A stretch of 63,480 bases of DNA, filler included, from Olpidium bornovanus S191 (lineage: Eukaryota > Fungi > Olpidiomycota): the NCBI GenBank assembly GCA_017911155.1. It is 26 parts of 26 records of this genome, joined end to end, with 100 filler letters (N's around TTAATTAATTAA, not from the genome) between each part and the next. Parts side by side here need not be neighbours in the genome. Positions count along the whole stretch, not along the records: positions 48,731 to 51,428 come from JAEFCI010012375.1; positions 51,529 to 52,567 come from JAEFCI010012704.1; positions 52,668 to 53,734 come from JAEFCI010009767.1; positions 53,835 to 57,983 come from JAEFCI010004294.1; positions 58,084 to 59,854 come from JAEFCI010010052.1; positions 59,955 to 62,360 come from JAEFCI010000367.1; 20 more parts are not named here. One strand, written 5' to 3'. Below are positions 48,631 through 60,389 of this stretch, in pieces. The first letter of the stretch is position 1; each line of letters begins with the position of its first letter. Made by a program: the position numbers and the translations under genes. Under the pieces are notes generated by a model. That model did not search any database, was not told where the DNA came from, and saw only the letters and a program-made list of their open reading frames with translations.

Positions 48631-49158
48631 NNNNNNNNNNNNNNNNNNNNNNNNNNNNNNNNNNNNNNNNNNNNTTAATTAATTAANNNNNNNNNNNNNN
48701 NNNNNNNNNNNNNNNNNNNNNNNNNNNNNNCCCCCCCCCCCCCCCCCCCCCCTTCCCCTCTCCTTCCCCCCGGCGCTCCCTCCAGTCGCCGCTCCAGGCG
48801 CGAACGAACCCGCCGCGTCCGCGCCCGACACGCCCGGCCCCGCCTCGTCATAACTGCGCATATCTCGCCGCGCGCTGTTGCCCGTCGTCCGCGCGTGCCC
48901 GTGCGGCGAGGCGCGTGGGGTCCCCCCGCGCGGGCTGCGGGCCGCTGGGAGCGCAGGGCGGCGTCCCCCCCGGGCCTTTTTTTTTTTTTTTCTTTTTTTT
49001 TTTGCCCACGGTCCTACATGCCTCCGCCGGAGGCCGCAGCGCGCTCCGACCCCTGCGCGCGCGAACCAGGGCGGAACGGGCGGCGGCGGCGGAACGCCCG
49101 GCGGTCAACCGTGCCGAGGGCGCGTGGCGGCGTCCGGCCGACGATCTGGGCATCCGTG

Positions 49159-51428
49159 ATGCTGGCCTCCGTCGTCACGATCACGCACGCAGCGATCGCG
49201 GCGCCCGCAGTTGCCGCCGCCGTCGCGTCCGCGCAACCTTTTCCGGGGAACGCAGCGGAGCGGCTCGGGCTCGACCGCCGCCAGATGGTCGACGATCCCG
49301 TCGTGGCGAGCCAACGGCTCGCCGGCGGTGGCGGCCCGAGCGCCACTGCGTTCGTTCCCGTGCCGCGCCATGCGCATTGCGCCTTTGTCGAGAGCGCTGT
49401 CCTGTACATACTAGGTGGGGGAAGGCAGAGGGGGAGGGGAGGGGGGACCGGAACGGCCGCGTTCAGGCGCGAAGCCCAGTTCAGCGCTTCGGAAGTCGCT
49501 CAGACTTGCGCTGACGCCGCCCTCGTCTTCTCCGTCGTCGACGCCTTCTCCCGGCCAAGGCGGCACGAACGACGTCAGCGGAACTCGTCAAAGTCTGCCG
49601 AGCAGGCAGAATTTCTTTGCCTGGGATCCTATACCGACTGACGGAAGTCGGCCCGAGAGGGTCCGCTGGAGCCGGGTCAGCGAGAATGGCTTCAGACCGG
49701 GTTCGTGTCCTCTGCCGTCGTCATGACCGTCGGCACGTGCTGTATGCGCATTAGCGGACTAACGATGATCTGCACGAACCAAATACTTTACTTCCGATCA
49801 GTCTTCGGGCATACGTGCACGGTGGTCCCCGAAACCCGCCACGTGATAGTTCTGGGCCGAAACAGGCCCGAGGATCCCTTTATGCAGGTGTTCGACCTGA
49901 GCACGCAGCAGTGGCTCGCTGCGTCCAACTTCACGCCGTATCCTGGGAGTGGCGAACCCAGCCTGTGCGGCCACGTCGCCGCCCTCGTGGACGATTTTCA
50001 TATCGTGGTGTCCGGCGGGAAGTGGGTGGGACAAGGTCGGGTCAGGTACGGCAAGCGATCCCCAAACCCGTTCACCTTCATACTCGACGTGCGTTCGTGG
50101 GAATGGGTTTGGGGGTCGGTTGGCCTGGAGCTGGAAGCCGGCATGTCCGCTTTGATTGCGAGCGAGGATCTCGAAAAGCGGTGGCCGATGCTTCCGAGCC
50201 CGCAGCAAGCGGGGCCCGTCGGCGTCGCGGACAACGCGGTGCAACCGGCGCTGATGCCGCCCGTGCAGCATCCTCCGTCGGGGTTAATGTCGGCCGCGTC
50301 ATGGGTGCACGCCGGCCGGCTGTACGTAGCCGGCGGCTTCCAGACCGCCGGTATCTCTTCTAAACCTGGCAAGCCAACCGCCTGGAGTTACGGGTTAGAC
50401 GACGGATGGAAGGCAGAGCCGGCGCTCAACTATCTCGCCGCTGGCGTGTCCGGAATGGCGTGTGCCGCAGGTGCGTCCGCGCAAACGAACGTAGGCCGTA
50501 AGGGCGGTGGTTCTTCGATTGAGACAGTGCGTCGTTGGGCCGGTTCGTCGTCCCGCACCTCAAAAACAGTGAACGAGACAACCGTCTTGTGCGACGGAGG
50601 CAGGAACGAAACCAAGTCGGGCGACATGGCGCCGGGAGGCGTCGTGGACTTTTCGAGTTACCCACCCAGAATCCTTTCCTTCACGAACCCACCGACCTCC
50701 AGCGGGTTGCAAGGCCACAGTCTGGAGGTCCTGCAGGACGGGACTCTTGTCGCGTTCGGTAATGCGGTTTTTTGTTTTGCATATACGCATGCATATCCGC
50801 AACCCGCTCTGATGCGTTCGCCCCGCAGGCGGACTGGACGCCTTGTCAAAGCCGCAGAACAGGCTTTTGTTCATGTCATTCGATCCGCCGGCGTTCTCGT
50901 GGCAATATCCGGTGAAGTCCAATTCCACGGAGGAACCGGATGATCCGGACACTCCCACTGAGCCGGAGGATGTACCGGACGACGGGGCCGACGGCGTGAA
51001 CCGAAATCTTACCGTCTACGCTCTGCTGGCCACGATGGGCACGCTATTCTGTGCGTTTGCGGCGGTTTGCCTGGGAGGCAAGGTGTCAGCCCGCCGCCAG
51101 GGCGTGGTGGTGCAGAGGCCGATGATGCCGGCGATGAGGCAGAGAGACAGCAGACCCGATGCGGGCGCAGGATTTACGACGATAGACAGCGCTGACAGGT
51201 CGCAAGAGGATTTAGAATTCTACAACGGCGGCGAGGAACCTATGGAGGTCCTGCGGTCCGCGTCGGCGGAAGACGCCGTCAGCGATCACCAATCGGCAAT
51301 GTTCAACCATGCGCCTATTCTGTCGGCGTCCGCTATGCGGGACATAGCTTCGCGGGGGCGGCCGTCTCGGTTCTCGACGTCACAATCGCAGCGCGGTCAC
51401 CTGCCCTGGGAGCCAGAGACTCCGGTAC
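49159..51428 (+). CDS. Kelch-repeat (beta-propeller) single-pass membrane protein, 3' end truncated
   Basis: Hydrophobic leader MLASVVTITHAAIAAPAVAAAVASA. Kelch-like blades PRHAHCAFVESAVLYILGG, FGHTCTVV, CGHVAALVDDFHIVVSGG, SAASWVHAGRLYVAGG, QGHSLEVL. An acidic stalk is followed by the TM helix LTVYALLATMGTLFCAFAAVCLG and a basic stop-transfer segment. Confidence 0.75.
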
Positions 51429-52668
51429 NNNNNNNNNNNNNNNNNNNNNNNNNNNNNNNNNNNNNNNNNNNNTTAATTAATTAANNNNNNNNNNNNNNNN
51501 NNNNNNNNNNNNNNNNNNNNNNNNNNNNCATGGAGTTCTTCGAGAATAGCTTCTTTCTTGCAATCGTCGCATCCGAGGAGCACGTGGCGCGGCCAGTCCG
51601 GCGCGCGCTTGTGTAGCAGGCCGCCTACGAGGAGAAAACGCGCAACTTGCCGACGCAAACGCGGGGAAAAAGAGGAGGGGTCCTCGTGCTTGAGAGCGTG
51701 ACCGATGGTGACTAGATCGGCGTCCGCGGAGTGAAATATTGGTGAGATCCGAAGCGGGGACACTCGTCCGGGCGGCAACGTCCCTCGCGCGGCGACTCGG
51801 ACCGCAAGTACCGGCCAACGAGGGCTCCCGACAGCAACACGATTGTCTGTGTAGCCAGGTAGAAACAAACCGAAATCCCGCGGCAAGGCGATGGGGTGGT
51901 CACTAGCATGGGCCGCTATTGCATAACTAAGACCAAGGGGGGCAGGTTTTCAAGGCGGCACAGGGCCTCTTATTTGTGGGACGGTTTATGTTAAGAGTGG
52001 GCGATTACGCGTTAAGAGTGTGGGCGGGAGAGAGAGTGGGAGGAAGGAAAGTCGGCTGCCTTTCGCGTGGGTCTGCACGCGTCTAGGGGAGGAAGGAAGA
52101 GGCCTACGTGTAGTACAAAATAGCTCCGTGACAACCGGCCTCCCACTCTTCTGCAATAGTTGGAATTCTATGCTCGGTTTCTGAAATTTAATGTGGGGCT
52201 TTTGGTTTCCTCACGACTTCTCCTGTTTTCCCCTTGTACCCGCCGTTCCCCTTCACTACAGCCGCCCCCCCGTGACTGATGAGCTTGTCTTGAAAGTCAC
52301 GGTCCGCCACGTGACTGACAGCTCTTTTGGTTTTTAACGAGTCGGATTTGGCTCCACCAACGCCACTCGCCCCGCACCGTTACTCCGCACTTCAGTCTCC
52401 GCCGTGTCCACCCGTTCACCTAGCCACAATGTCGTCCTCTGCAACTGCTGCCCCTGTGTCCACCTCGTCCGCCTTCACCGAGACTGCCGCCATCCCTTCC
52501 TCGCCTTCAACCTGACGTTTGGAGCCTCGAGGCGCCACACTCCCTCTCATCGACCTAACCGTCCATANNNNNNNNNNNNNNNNNNNNNNNNNNNNNNNNN
52601 NNNNNNNNNNNTTAATTAATTAANNNNNNNNNNNNNNNNNNNNNNNNNNNNNNNNNNNNNNNNNNNNC

Positions 52669-52748
52669 GCAATCACATGTGCTGAGCATGAAGAATGGAA
52701 GAAGTCAATGGCCTCAGAGTTCGACTCACTACGCCAAAATCACACATG
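52669..52748 (+). mobile_element. Short Ty1/Copia reverse-transcriptase N-terminal remnant
   Basis: AITCAEHEEWKKSMASEFDSLRQNHT matches the Copia 'EA...WKKAMxEExxSLxxNxTW' motif; similarity stops at 52748. Confidence 0.65.
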
Positions 52749-53209
52749 CCATGAAAAAGCAGCTGGTTGCCTGGGTGGTGGCGCAGCTGGACTCGTTCCG
52801 CTGAGCTCGCTGGGAGCGCTCCTCGAACCTGCCCCGGCGCACATCCGCCAGCCAAGCGACGAAGAGACCTCGTCTCCGCAGAGTTTGCGCGGCGGTGAAG
52901 GTCGGGCACCCGGGAAGCGTCGCTGACAATCGCGCCGATCCCAAATAATGGACTTGTGCGGAAACGGCAAGCAGTAACCCCGCAAGGGCGAGTACTTGCG
53001 GGCGGACTCGGCGTTTCTGGCGACGCTCGCGTCCGTGCCGCTGTAAAACGGGCAACGGGGCGAGGGCGGCACACAACGCGCGCTTCAACATGGCGGCCGC
53101 ACATGTCCCGCGTCGCAAAAACGGGCTTGGCAGCGGAGTGCTCCAGGGTCAATTCGCATCCTGCGCGAGCTTCTCGCGCGCGCACGCGGCGAGCGTCAGC
53201 AGAGCCTGA

Positions 53210-53408
53210 AATGACCTGCGTCGAGCGGTGGCTGGCGGCTTACATGGTCATTTACAACTTGCCCATCAAGTGGCGCGACCCAGAGTGGGAGCTGGCAGAC
53301 GAAGCTCCAAAAGGGAAGCCGCGTCGGTGCGCTCAAGCGCCAGAGGCAGAGGGCGCGCAGGCCGGGGTACTGCACGGCGACCCGGGAAAAGACCTTTACG
53401 AGTTCTGA
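53210..53408 (+). CDS. Possible terminal exon of an unidentified protein
   Basis: MTCVERWLAAYMVIYNLPIKWRDPEWELADE...DLYEF* has protein-like composition; no family recognised. Confidence 0.3.
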
Positions 53409-53885
53409 GTTTTTGCGCGTTCCGGGCTGGGGGACCGGTTCTATTCTCCAACACGACAGCAGCAGTAGTAGTTGTACAACATCATGGGGTTCTGACCGGG
53501 AAAGGTAGAATTAAGGAATCTGCGCAATAAGGACGTCGACTTTGATAAAAAGCAGATCGCCGTTGGCTCGAGCTGCAGCTTGCTTTGCCAGACACGTTTC
53601 CTCTCGTTTGCCGTCGTAGATGGTCGAGTTTCCTAATTTTATTTTGTATAGTGTTCTTGTTCCCAAAAAAATCAGTTTTCGTCTTTACTATATGGTTTTT
53701 GACTCAGGGCCTCTGAGTTCAACGGCATCAAAAANNNNNNNNNNNNNNNNNNNNNNNNNNNNNNNNNNNNNNNNNNNNTTAATTAATTAANNNNNNNNNN
53801 NNNNNNNNNNNNNNNNNNNNNNNNNNNNNNNNNNAAAAGAAATGAATCAAATTGCCTGAAAACAAAGAATTCTTATATAGCTCAC

Positions 53886-55265
53886 CAGGCTTCAGCACCT
53901 TTGAACCTTCTTCGCCGTCTCCAAAAATAACCCGGCGGTTGGCGCTTGGTGCATGCACAAAAATCAGTTCGCATTTCTGTAGCGGTACACGCCAGCTCTC
54001 AAGCAGCTGTTTGATGTCCTAGGAAAGGTCAGGCGTTGAACATGATGTTAAATAGGGTATTGTCACCACATTGCAGAGACTGAGTTATACTAAAGTTCAT
54101 GCACTGACTTTCCGCAGAGCTTGCTCGTTGTATCGGCGAAGATCCGCTCCGGCGGACTTCGCTCCCCCTTTCGCCGCATCGTTCGCGGATTGGCTGCCGC
54201 CTTGCTTTCGGCGGGTTGTGTAGCGATGGAAAGTCTTATGGAGAAAGGGCTGGCCCTTCGCGCAATTGTACAGAGCTCCAGCGAAATGGCCGCCTCCGAC
54301 CATAATCAACGCCCACGTCAACGGTTCGGTGACTTGTTGGGCGCCGTCGCCGTCCACGCGGTTGAGATGGAGTAGCCGTCGCTTCAAAGCAACGACGTCG
54401 TCCGGAGGGCTGCTGTCGGCATCGGTAGGTTGCAGGACGGTCCGATAGACGCTCAACCGCAGGCGTCGTCCCTCACCGTCGTTGTACTGCAGCCATATCA
54501 GCGGAGATTTCGCAGGGCGCCTCGTTGAATCTAACAGGTCCTCTTCGAGAAGTTTGCTCTCATCTGCCTCCCTCCGGAGAAGCCGCCCGACGTCATCGTA
54601 TCCCGGATCGCCGTGCTCGCTCTCGCTCTCAGATCCTGAGATGCTGGAGAGGTCTGACCGGTTGGCGTCAGCATGTAAGCACTTCTTGTACCTGGGTGGG
54701 CCCTTCTGCATTCCGCACCTGCCAATAGTTCCTCGTATACGTCCTCGGTAACTGGCGGCAGGTCCTTCACCAGCCTTCGCTTCAGGTTGTACCTGCTCAA
54801 CTTGCGATCAGGAACCATTTTCCCTGCGCAACACACGCGGCTGCGCGGTCAAGTGGCGTTTATTTTACGCACTGCCGGCCGGCCCCACCTGTGGAAATCC
54901 GTCTTCATGTGGGCGCGCTGGTCGGTGAAGTCCGCGAAATCCAGGTTCCCGCACGTGTGGCAGACCGGCGCAACGGAAGGTGCGGGCTGACCGACGTGCG
55001 CGCGGTGCGGCAAGGCTTGGACCGCGCCCGCGCGCGGGTCTCCCGCGGCCGAGGGGCGGGAAGCAGGGTGCGTTCCGCGTTCGCCAACCCCGCCGTCGTC
55101 CTGCGGAACGGCGCTCAAGGACAACAGCAGCGTGGCGGGCACAGCAAAAATAGACGCGGGGGCCTGGCGCGCGGTTCCCGCGGCGCATGGGGCGCCGGGA
55201 GGAGGCGCGGTCTGGCGGGCGGCGGCGGCGGCGGCGGCGTCGTCGTCGGCCGCGGCACTCATCAT
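53886..55265 (-). CDS. VMS1: Vms1/ANKZF1 ribosome quality-control factor (C2H2 zinc finger plus vLRF1 domain), 3' part truncated
   Basis: CHTCGNLDFADFTDQRAHMKTDFHR|YNLKRRLVKDLPPVTED, WALIMVGGGHFAGALY...HKTFHRYTTRRKQGGSQSANDAAKGGAKSAGADLRRYNEQALRK, CELIFVHAP. Confidence 0.96.
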
Positions 55266-56568
55266 TGGGACAGCCGGCGTAGCGCGGGCGCGCACCGGGA
55301 AGGGGGACGGGGCTGGCGACGCAGAGGGGGTTTCGCTGCGGCCAGCGGGCGTTTCAAAAATTTTTTGGGAAGGGCGGGCTCCCGGCTCAATCCGCCACAG
55401 AACGCTCACGAAAACGGCGCCCGGAGCGAGCTCGCCGTTTTCCTCGAGCGCCGCCCACACCGGCCGGCGCGTGGAAGTCGGGGGGCGGAACGTCCTCCGC
55501 CCTAGTGCTGGAAGTCGTCGTCAGGCGCTAAGGCCGGAAACCATCCTTTCTCACGCTCCGTTCCCGCTTTGTTTTCTTGAGCTGCTGCCTCCAGGTGCTT
55601 ACTGCGGCCTCCGTGACGCCGCCGTCGAAAACCTGCCGACTGTGCGGTTTCGCCGTCCCCAATCTGCCGACACTCCTTTCCAATCCCGGTGGCTCCCGCG
55701 AAGCCCCTTCCTTCGCCGTGTTCTCCGCGCTGACGTCCATGCCGTTTGCGCCGTCGTCCGTGTCCCCGCAAAAAGACCTCGTTCACCTGCCACGCATCAT
55801 TCCTCGTCCCTGCCAGACGCAAACTCGGAACCTCCCATTCGGCATTACCTGCGGCTGCTCGATCGCCGGGTCTTTGCGGCTGTGATCTTCTACAGCTGGA
55901 GCACCACGCGGCAGGACCTTCCAGCAAACTGCTGACAGGACTGCAAGGGGACTGCCGGGCGAGACATCTCCTTTCCGAATACTCCGGTTTGTACAGGCCG
56001 GGATGCGGGGGGGGGCGGGGGAGCTTTGTTCATTCAGCCGCGGTCAAGCAGGCCTCGCACGTCGCGGCAGGACGTGTGACGGCGCTGGCTGCGAGGGGCG
56101 TTTGAGGATGCGAGGACACGGGTTTGGGGCGAACATTTGGCCGGTTTGGGCGCGCGCGCGGCCCAGGCACCATTGACGCAAAACGGGGCGAGAAAGGGAG
56201 CGATCGGGGCGGTTTTGCATTGGAGGGGGAAAAAGTGCGGCAGGGCGGGCGGTGACTTTGGGACCGCGTGAATCAAAATTTTGCGGTGACGTCAGACGGG
56301 GCCGCGGGGAGGGCGGGCCCCGGTTTTTGTTTCTGTTTGAGTGGCCGCGGTAAATTTTGCAAAAAACAAAAAACAAAAAAAAAAATAAAAATAAAAACAA
56401 AAATAAAAATACAAAAATTTTGCGTCACCCTCCCCTGAGGCGCAGACGCCGCTTCACCACGCGCTGACGGAAAAGGCCGAGGCTCCCGCGCTGCCGAGGG
56501 ACCACGCGCGATCTTCAGACGCGCGCCGGCGACCAGCGCGCGAGCTGCCCGCCCTGTGGCGGACGTCC

Positions 56569-57895
56569 ATGGCCTCTGCCGGCCGGCCGTCGCTTTCGGC
56601 GCTGGCCGCCGCGGCTCAGGCCCGCCTCCCGTCGCGCCCGTCGCCAGAGTGCGCCGCCTCGCTGTGGAGCCGTGCTCGGCGCGCGCGCGGTCTACCCGTG
56701 TCAGCATTCGCGGCGGACGTTTCGCCGCCGCCGGCCGCTCCAGCTGCGGCCCGCGGCGCGCGCGGCGGTTTCGTCCGCTATGTCGCGACTAGACCCTCCG
56801 GCGCGCCGCCGCATGCCGCTGGAGAGACGGCCCCGTCTGCCGCCGCTCCCGCCGCCGTTGCGAAGCGGGAGCGCAAGGGGAATAAAGCCGTCAAAGAATA
56901 CCTCTTCGGCCTCAACTGCGTCGGCGCCGCGCTTGCGGCCAACCGCCGCGCTCTGTACAAACTTACCGTGTGCCAGGAAATAGAGGACTGCGAAGTCGCC
57001 AACAGGTGGAGTGCCGTTCCGTGACGCCAGGTGTAAAAAGCGTCGTCATGGCGGCGCGCCTGTCTTACTGCGTCTGAATAATGTAGTGACGCCTATCAAC
57101 AGATTAAGCGCACAGTGGCGGAATTGAAGATTCCCGTTGAGACGAAACGAGAATGCTACTTCCAGAACGCGGGCGTCGACGACCCGAAGCAGGTAATCAT
57201 TTCTTCTTGCTCAGAACACGCCGAAGGAGACGGAACGTTTATAAAACTTCCATCCGACTGCCCTCCGGCCGTTATGGTATTCTTTCAGGGCATGATGCTG
57301 GCCGTTGGGCCACTAGACACCATTAAAATCACGATGCTGAACAGCGTTCAAAAAGGAGAGCCGTACGTGCTCGGGCGTGGCTGCACGTCTGCAGTTAAAT
57401 GCCTAGCGCATTCCGTTGCTTCACTGTTGAAATTGAAAGCAAACGTGTAACAAATCGCAGATACTCTGCTGTTGGAAAACTGTCGGATATCCGCTACAAG
57501 CCACGGCCTGGTGTATGGCCATTGTGGCTAGCCCTGGATAGAATTGTGGACCCGACGAATTTCGGAGTGATTTTGCGGTATGCACCACAATTTGCGCTAT
57601 ATAGCATGGTTTGGGTCCGTGGTTGATTTTCGTCACGTTTGTCTGACGCCCCAACTTTCGGCTCCCGTGTTTTACAGATGTGCGCACTTATTTGGAGTGG
57701 ACGGGATAGTCGTGACATCTAAGAACAGGTAAGACATCAAATGCGCTCCCACTACACATTAAAAGGCTGCGTGCTTAGTCTAACTCTAGGCACCGATCAA
57801 GGGCTCCATTGTCTTCTGCCGCTTCCAAGGCCAGTGGAGGCGTCTTGGAAGTAATGTCAATTCATGAAGTGGACGATCTGAGCTTCTTCCTCAAG
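56569..57895 (+). CDS. MRM1: Mitochondrial rRNA 2'-O-methyltransferase 1 (SpoU family), 3' part truncated
   Basis: Arg/Ala/Ser-rich presequence-like N-terminus, then EYLFGLNCVGAALAANRRALYKL, KQ|GMMLAVGPL, PLWLALDRIVDPTNFGVILR|CAHLFGVDGIVV and ASKASGGVLEVM. Confidence 0.9.
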
Positions 57896-58439
57896 GTGGG
57901 AACAATTCCGTCCCGTGCGCCGTGCGCACCGGTTGCCTCTTGTGCTCAATTTTCAACTCCCCGATACCAGCGTTCAGCCCTACNNNNNNNNNNNNNNNNN
58001 NNNNNNNNNNNNNNNNNNNNNNNNNNNTTAATTAATTAANNNNNNNNNNNNNNNNNNNNNNNNNNNNNNNNNNNNNNNNNNNNCGCATGCTTTCCGTTTC
58101 GCGGCAGAAAGTGACGTCGAAACTCTGTTCGTCTTTGCGCTTCAAAACGGAGGTCATTCGTCATTTGTCACCTCCGGGACTTGCGAGGCGTCGAGATTGG
58201 CAGCCGGCGCTCCATCGAGCGCGCGTGTAGAATTAGTATGAACTATTACACCTGGAATAATCCCTGGTTATTCCAGCCTCTCTTTCTCTCTCTCTCGGAA
58301 GGGGAAGTTTGAAGGAAGGGGAAGGGGGGGGGGGGGGGGGGCGGGGGGGGGGGGGGGGGGGGGGGGGGGGAGATTTGGAGGGCGAAAACCAAAGGGAAAA
58401 AAGAAGAGGGGGAAGAAACAGAAAAAGCGGGCTCCTTTT

Positions 58440-58524
58440 CAGAGAGAAAAGAACGGAGAGAGCAGAGAGAGAGAGTTTGAAGAGAGAGACAGCAGAGAGA
58501 CACAGCAGAGAGAAGCAGAAAGAG

Positions 58525-58579
<55 letters not shown>

Positions 58580-58592
58580 CAGAGAGAGAGAA

Positions 58593-58624
<32 letters not shown>

Positions 58625-58660
58625 CAGAGCGCAAAGAGAGAGAGAGCAGAGAGAGAGAGA
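58440..58660 (+). repeat. Degenerate (GA)n microsatellite preceded by a poly-G run
   Basis: GA-rich run with GCA interruptions; poly-G at about 58323-58370. Confidence 0.9.
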
Positions 58661-58829
58661 GGATGATGTTTCCCAATGCGGGTGACGTACGGACAGCGGG
58701 GAAATGGGGGGAGGGTAAAAAAAAAAGCAATCTTCTTCTTTTTTCCTTGTTTTTCTTTTCATTTTTTTTTTTTGCGAGGGTGCAAAAGCAACGACGCGCG
58801 CGCCGGATTGTCCGGCAAATCCGTCGGTA

Positions 58830-59854
58830 TTACTTTTGGGATTCTTCGGTCGTGGCTGCGCCCCGCTGATCTAAAATTTGGTCGCTAGGGCGGGACGGGG
58901 AACGCGCGCGGGGACGGCTGACTCGTGAAGATGCGTTGGCCGGACGCTCCGCGAGCCGGAAAGATGGGCCTCTTATTCGCTTGGCGACCTCGACGGTAAT
59001 CGTCCGGCCCCTAAAATACGTGTTGTTCGTCGCCTCGACGGCGCTGTTCACGCTGTCCAAGCTCTTGAACTCAATGAAGGCGAACCCGCGCGCGTTGTTG
59101 TGTTCCCGGTCCGACGGCAGCCGCACGTCCACGATCTCGCCGAAGGGGGAGAAGCGCTCCCGGAGGTCTGCCGTGGTCGCGCTGTACGGAAGGTTCTTCA
59201 CGTACACCTGCCCGCCGGCCTCGGCCAGCTTGTAGAAAAACTTGTCCGCATTCGGGCGGAGGGTCATGGGGCACCCGTCTAACATGGCCGCGGTCGGGTC
59301 CCGGAGCGCGCGTTTCGCGTCCTCCGCGGTCTCGAACTCGACGTACCCGTGCGGGGGTTCCTTGCCGGCGCCGACGCTCCAGGGCACGTAGACCTGCTTC
59401 ACCGGGCCGTAGCGCGAGAAGTGCTCGGCGAGCTGCTCGGTGCTCGCGCCCGGGGGGTTGTGGTGGAAGCACAGGTTCTTTGCCTTCCGCGCGGCCAGCC
59501 AGGTCCCCGGCAGGTCCGCCGCGGACTGCTTCTCCTCCTCGGACATGTGCGGCTGCACCCGGATCCGGCAGCCCATGAAGGCGGCCCCGTCAGCGCCCTC
59601 CGCGGCGCGCGGAGGCTTCGCTGTCGAACGCGACGAACGCGAAGCCCGGCCCGGTCCCGTCCGGGTTGTTCGGCCGCATGGAGACTTTCATGACGGGCCC
59701 GAACTGCGCGAAAAAAGTCCGCGAGGTTCTCGCGCGTGGCCTCGTAGGCGACGTTGCCGACGTAGACGCGCCGCTCGAGCGGGATCCAGAACGCCGCGCG
59801 CGGCAACGCCGCGGCGGGGTCGACGGCCGCGGACGTTCCCTGGGAGTAGCGGCG
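58830..59854 (-). CDS. Three-RRM RNA-binding protein; RRM1 is broken by apparent frameshifts
   Basis: RRM1: RRVYVGNVAYEATRENLADFF/AQFGPVMKV...GFAFVAFDS. RRM2: QLAEHFSRYGPVKQV...HGYVEFET. RRM3: VYVKNLPYSATTADLRERFSPFGEIVDVRL...RGFAFIEF...GRTITVEVAK. Stop at 58830. Confidence 0.88.
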
Positions 59855-59954
59855 NNNNNNNNNNNNNNNNNNNNNNNNNNNNNNNNNNNNNNNNNNNNTT
59901 AATTAATTAANNNNNNNNNNNNNNNNNNNNNNNNNNNNNNNNNNNNNNNNNNNN

Positions 59955-60262
59955 CAATTTTGAGTGACCATGGGCGATGGCGCACGCAGTGAGGCGGGCT
60001 GTCGAAAATAAAGGGGGAGGCTGAGCAGCACGAGCACTGCGCACGCCAAAAAGCCCCTGTTACCCCTTTGTAGAGTCTCTAGTTTCCCGTCATATAAAAC
60101 AGGCTGGGAGTAGATAGCGGTGCAAGGCTCCGAATACAATACAGAAAACCTCTTCCTCTTCTTCTCCTTCGGCTTCCGGAAATCAACAGTTTTCACAGGA
60201 GGGGGCCGTGTGGGTCCTGGCGCGCGCGCGATGTCCTTTTCGAATTCGGCCTGAGCTTTCAT
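59955..60262 (-). CDS. Possible N-terminus of an unidentified membrane protein, divergent from the SPP2-like gene
   Basis: MKAQAEFEKDI...KEKKRKRFS... then hydrophobic GFLACAVLVLLSLPLYF; open to the contig edge. Confidence 0.25.
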
Positions 60263-60289
60263 CCCCCTTTTCCCCCTCGCGCTGTTCCC

Positions 60290-60322
<33 letters not shown>

Positions 60323-60389
60323 CCTGGGCCCACCAAGAAATAAGCCGCGCGTCTCCACTTCCCCTTCTCAAGAACCAAAGTAGCCCGCC

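Noticed and set aside
58233-58869. ER-repeat and SL-repeat ORFs
   Set aside because: Translations of the (GA)n microsatellite and poly-G run.
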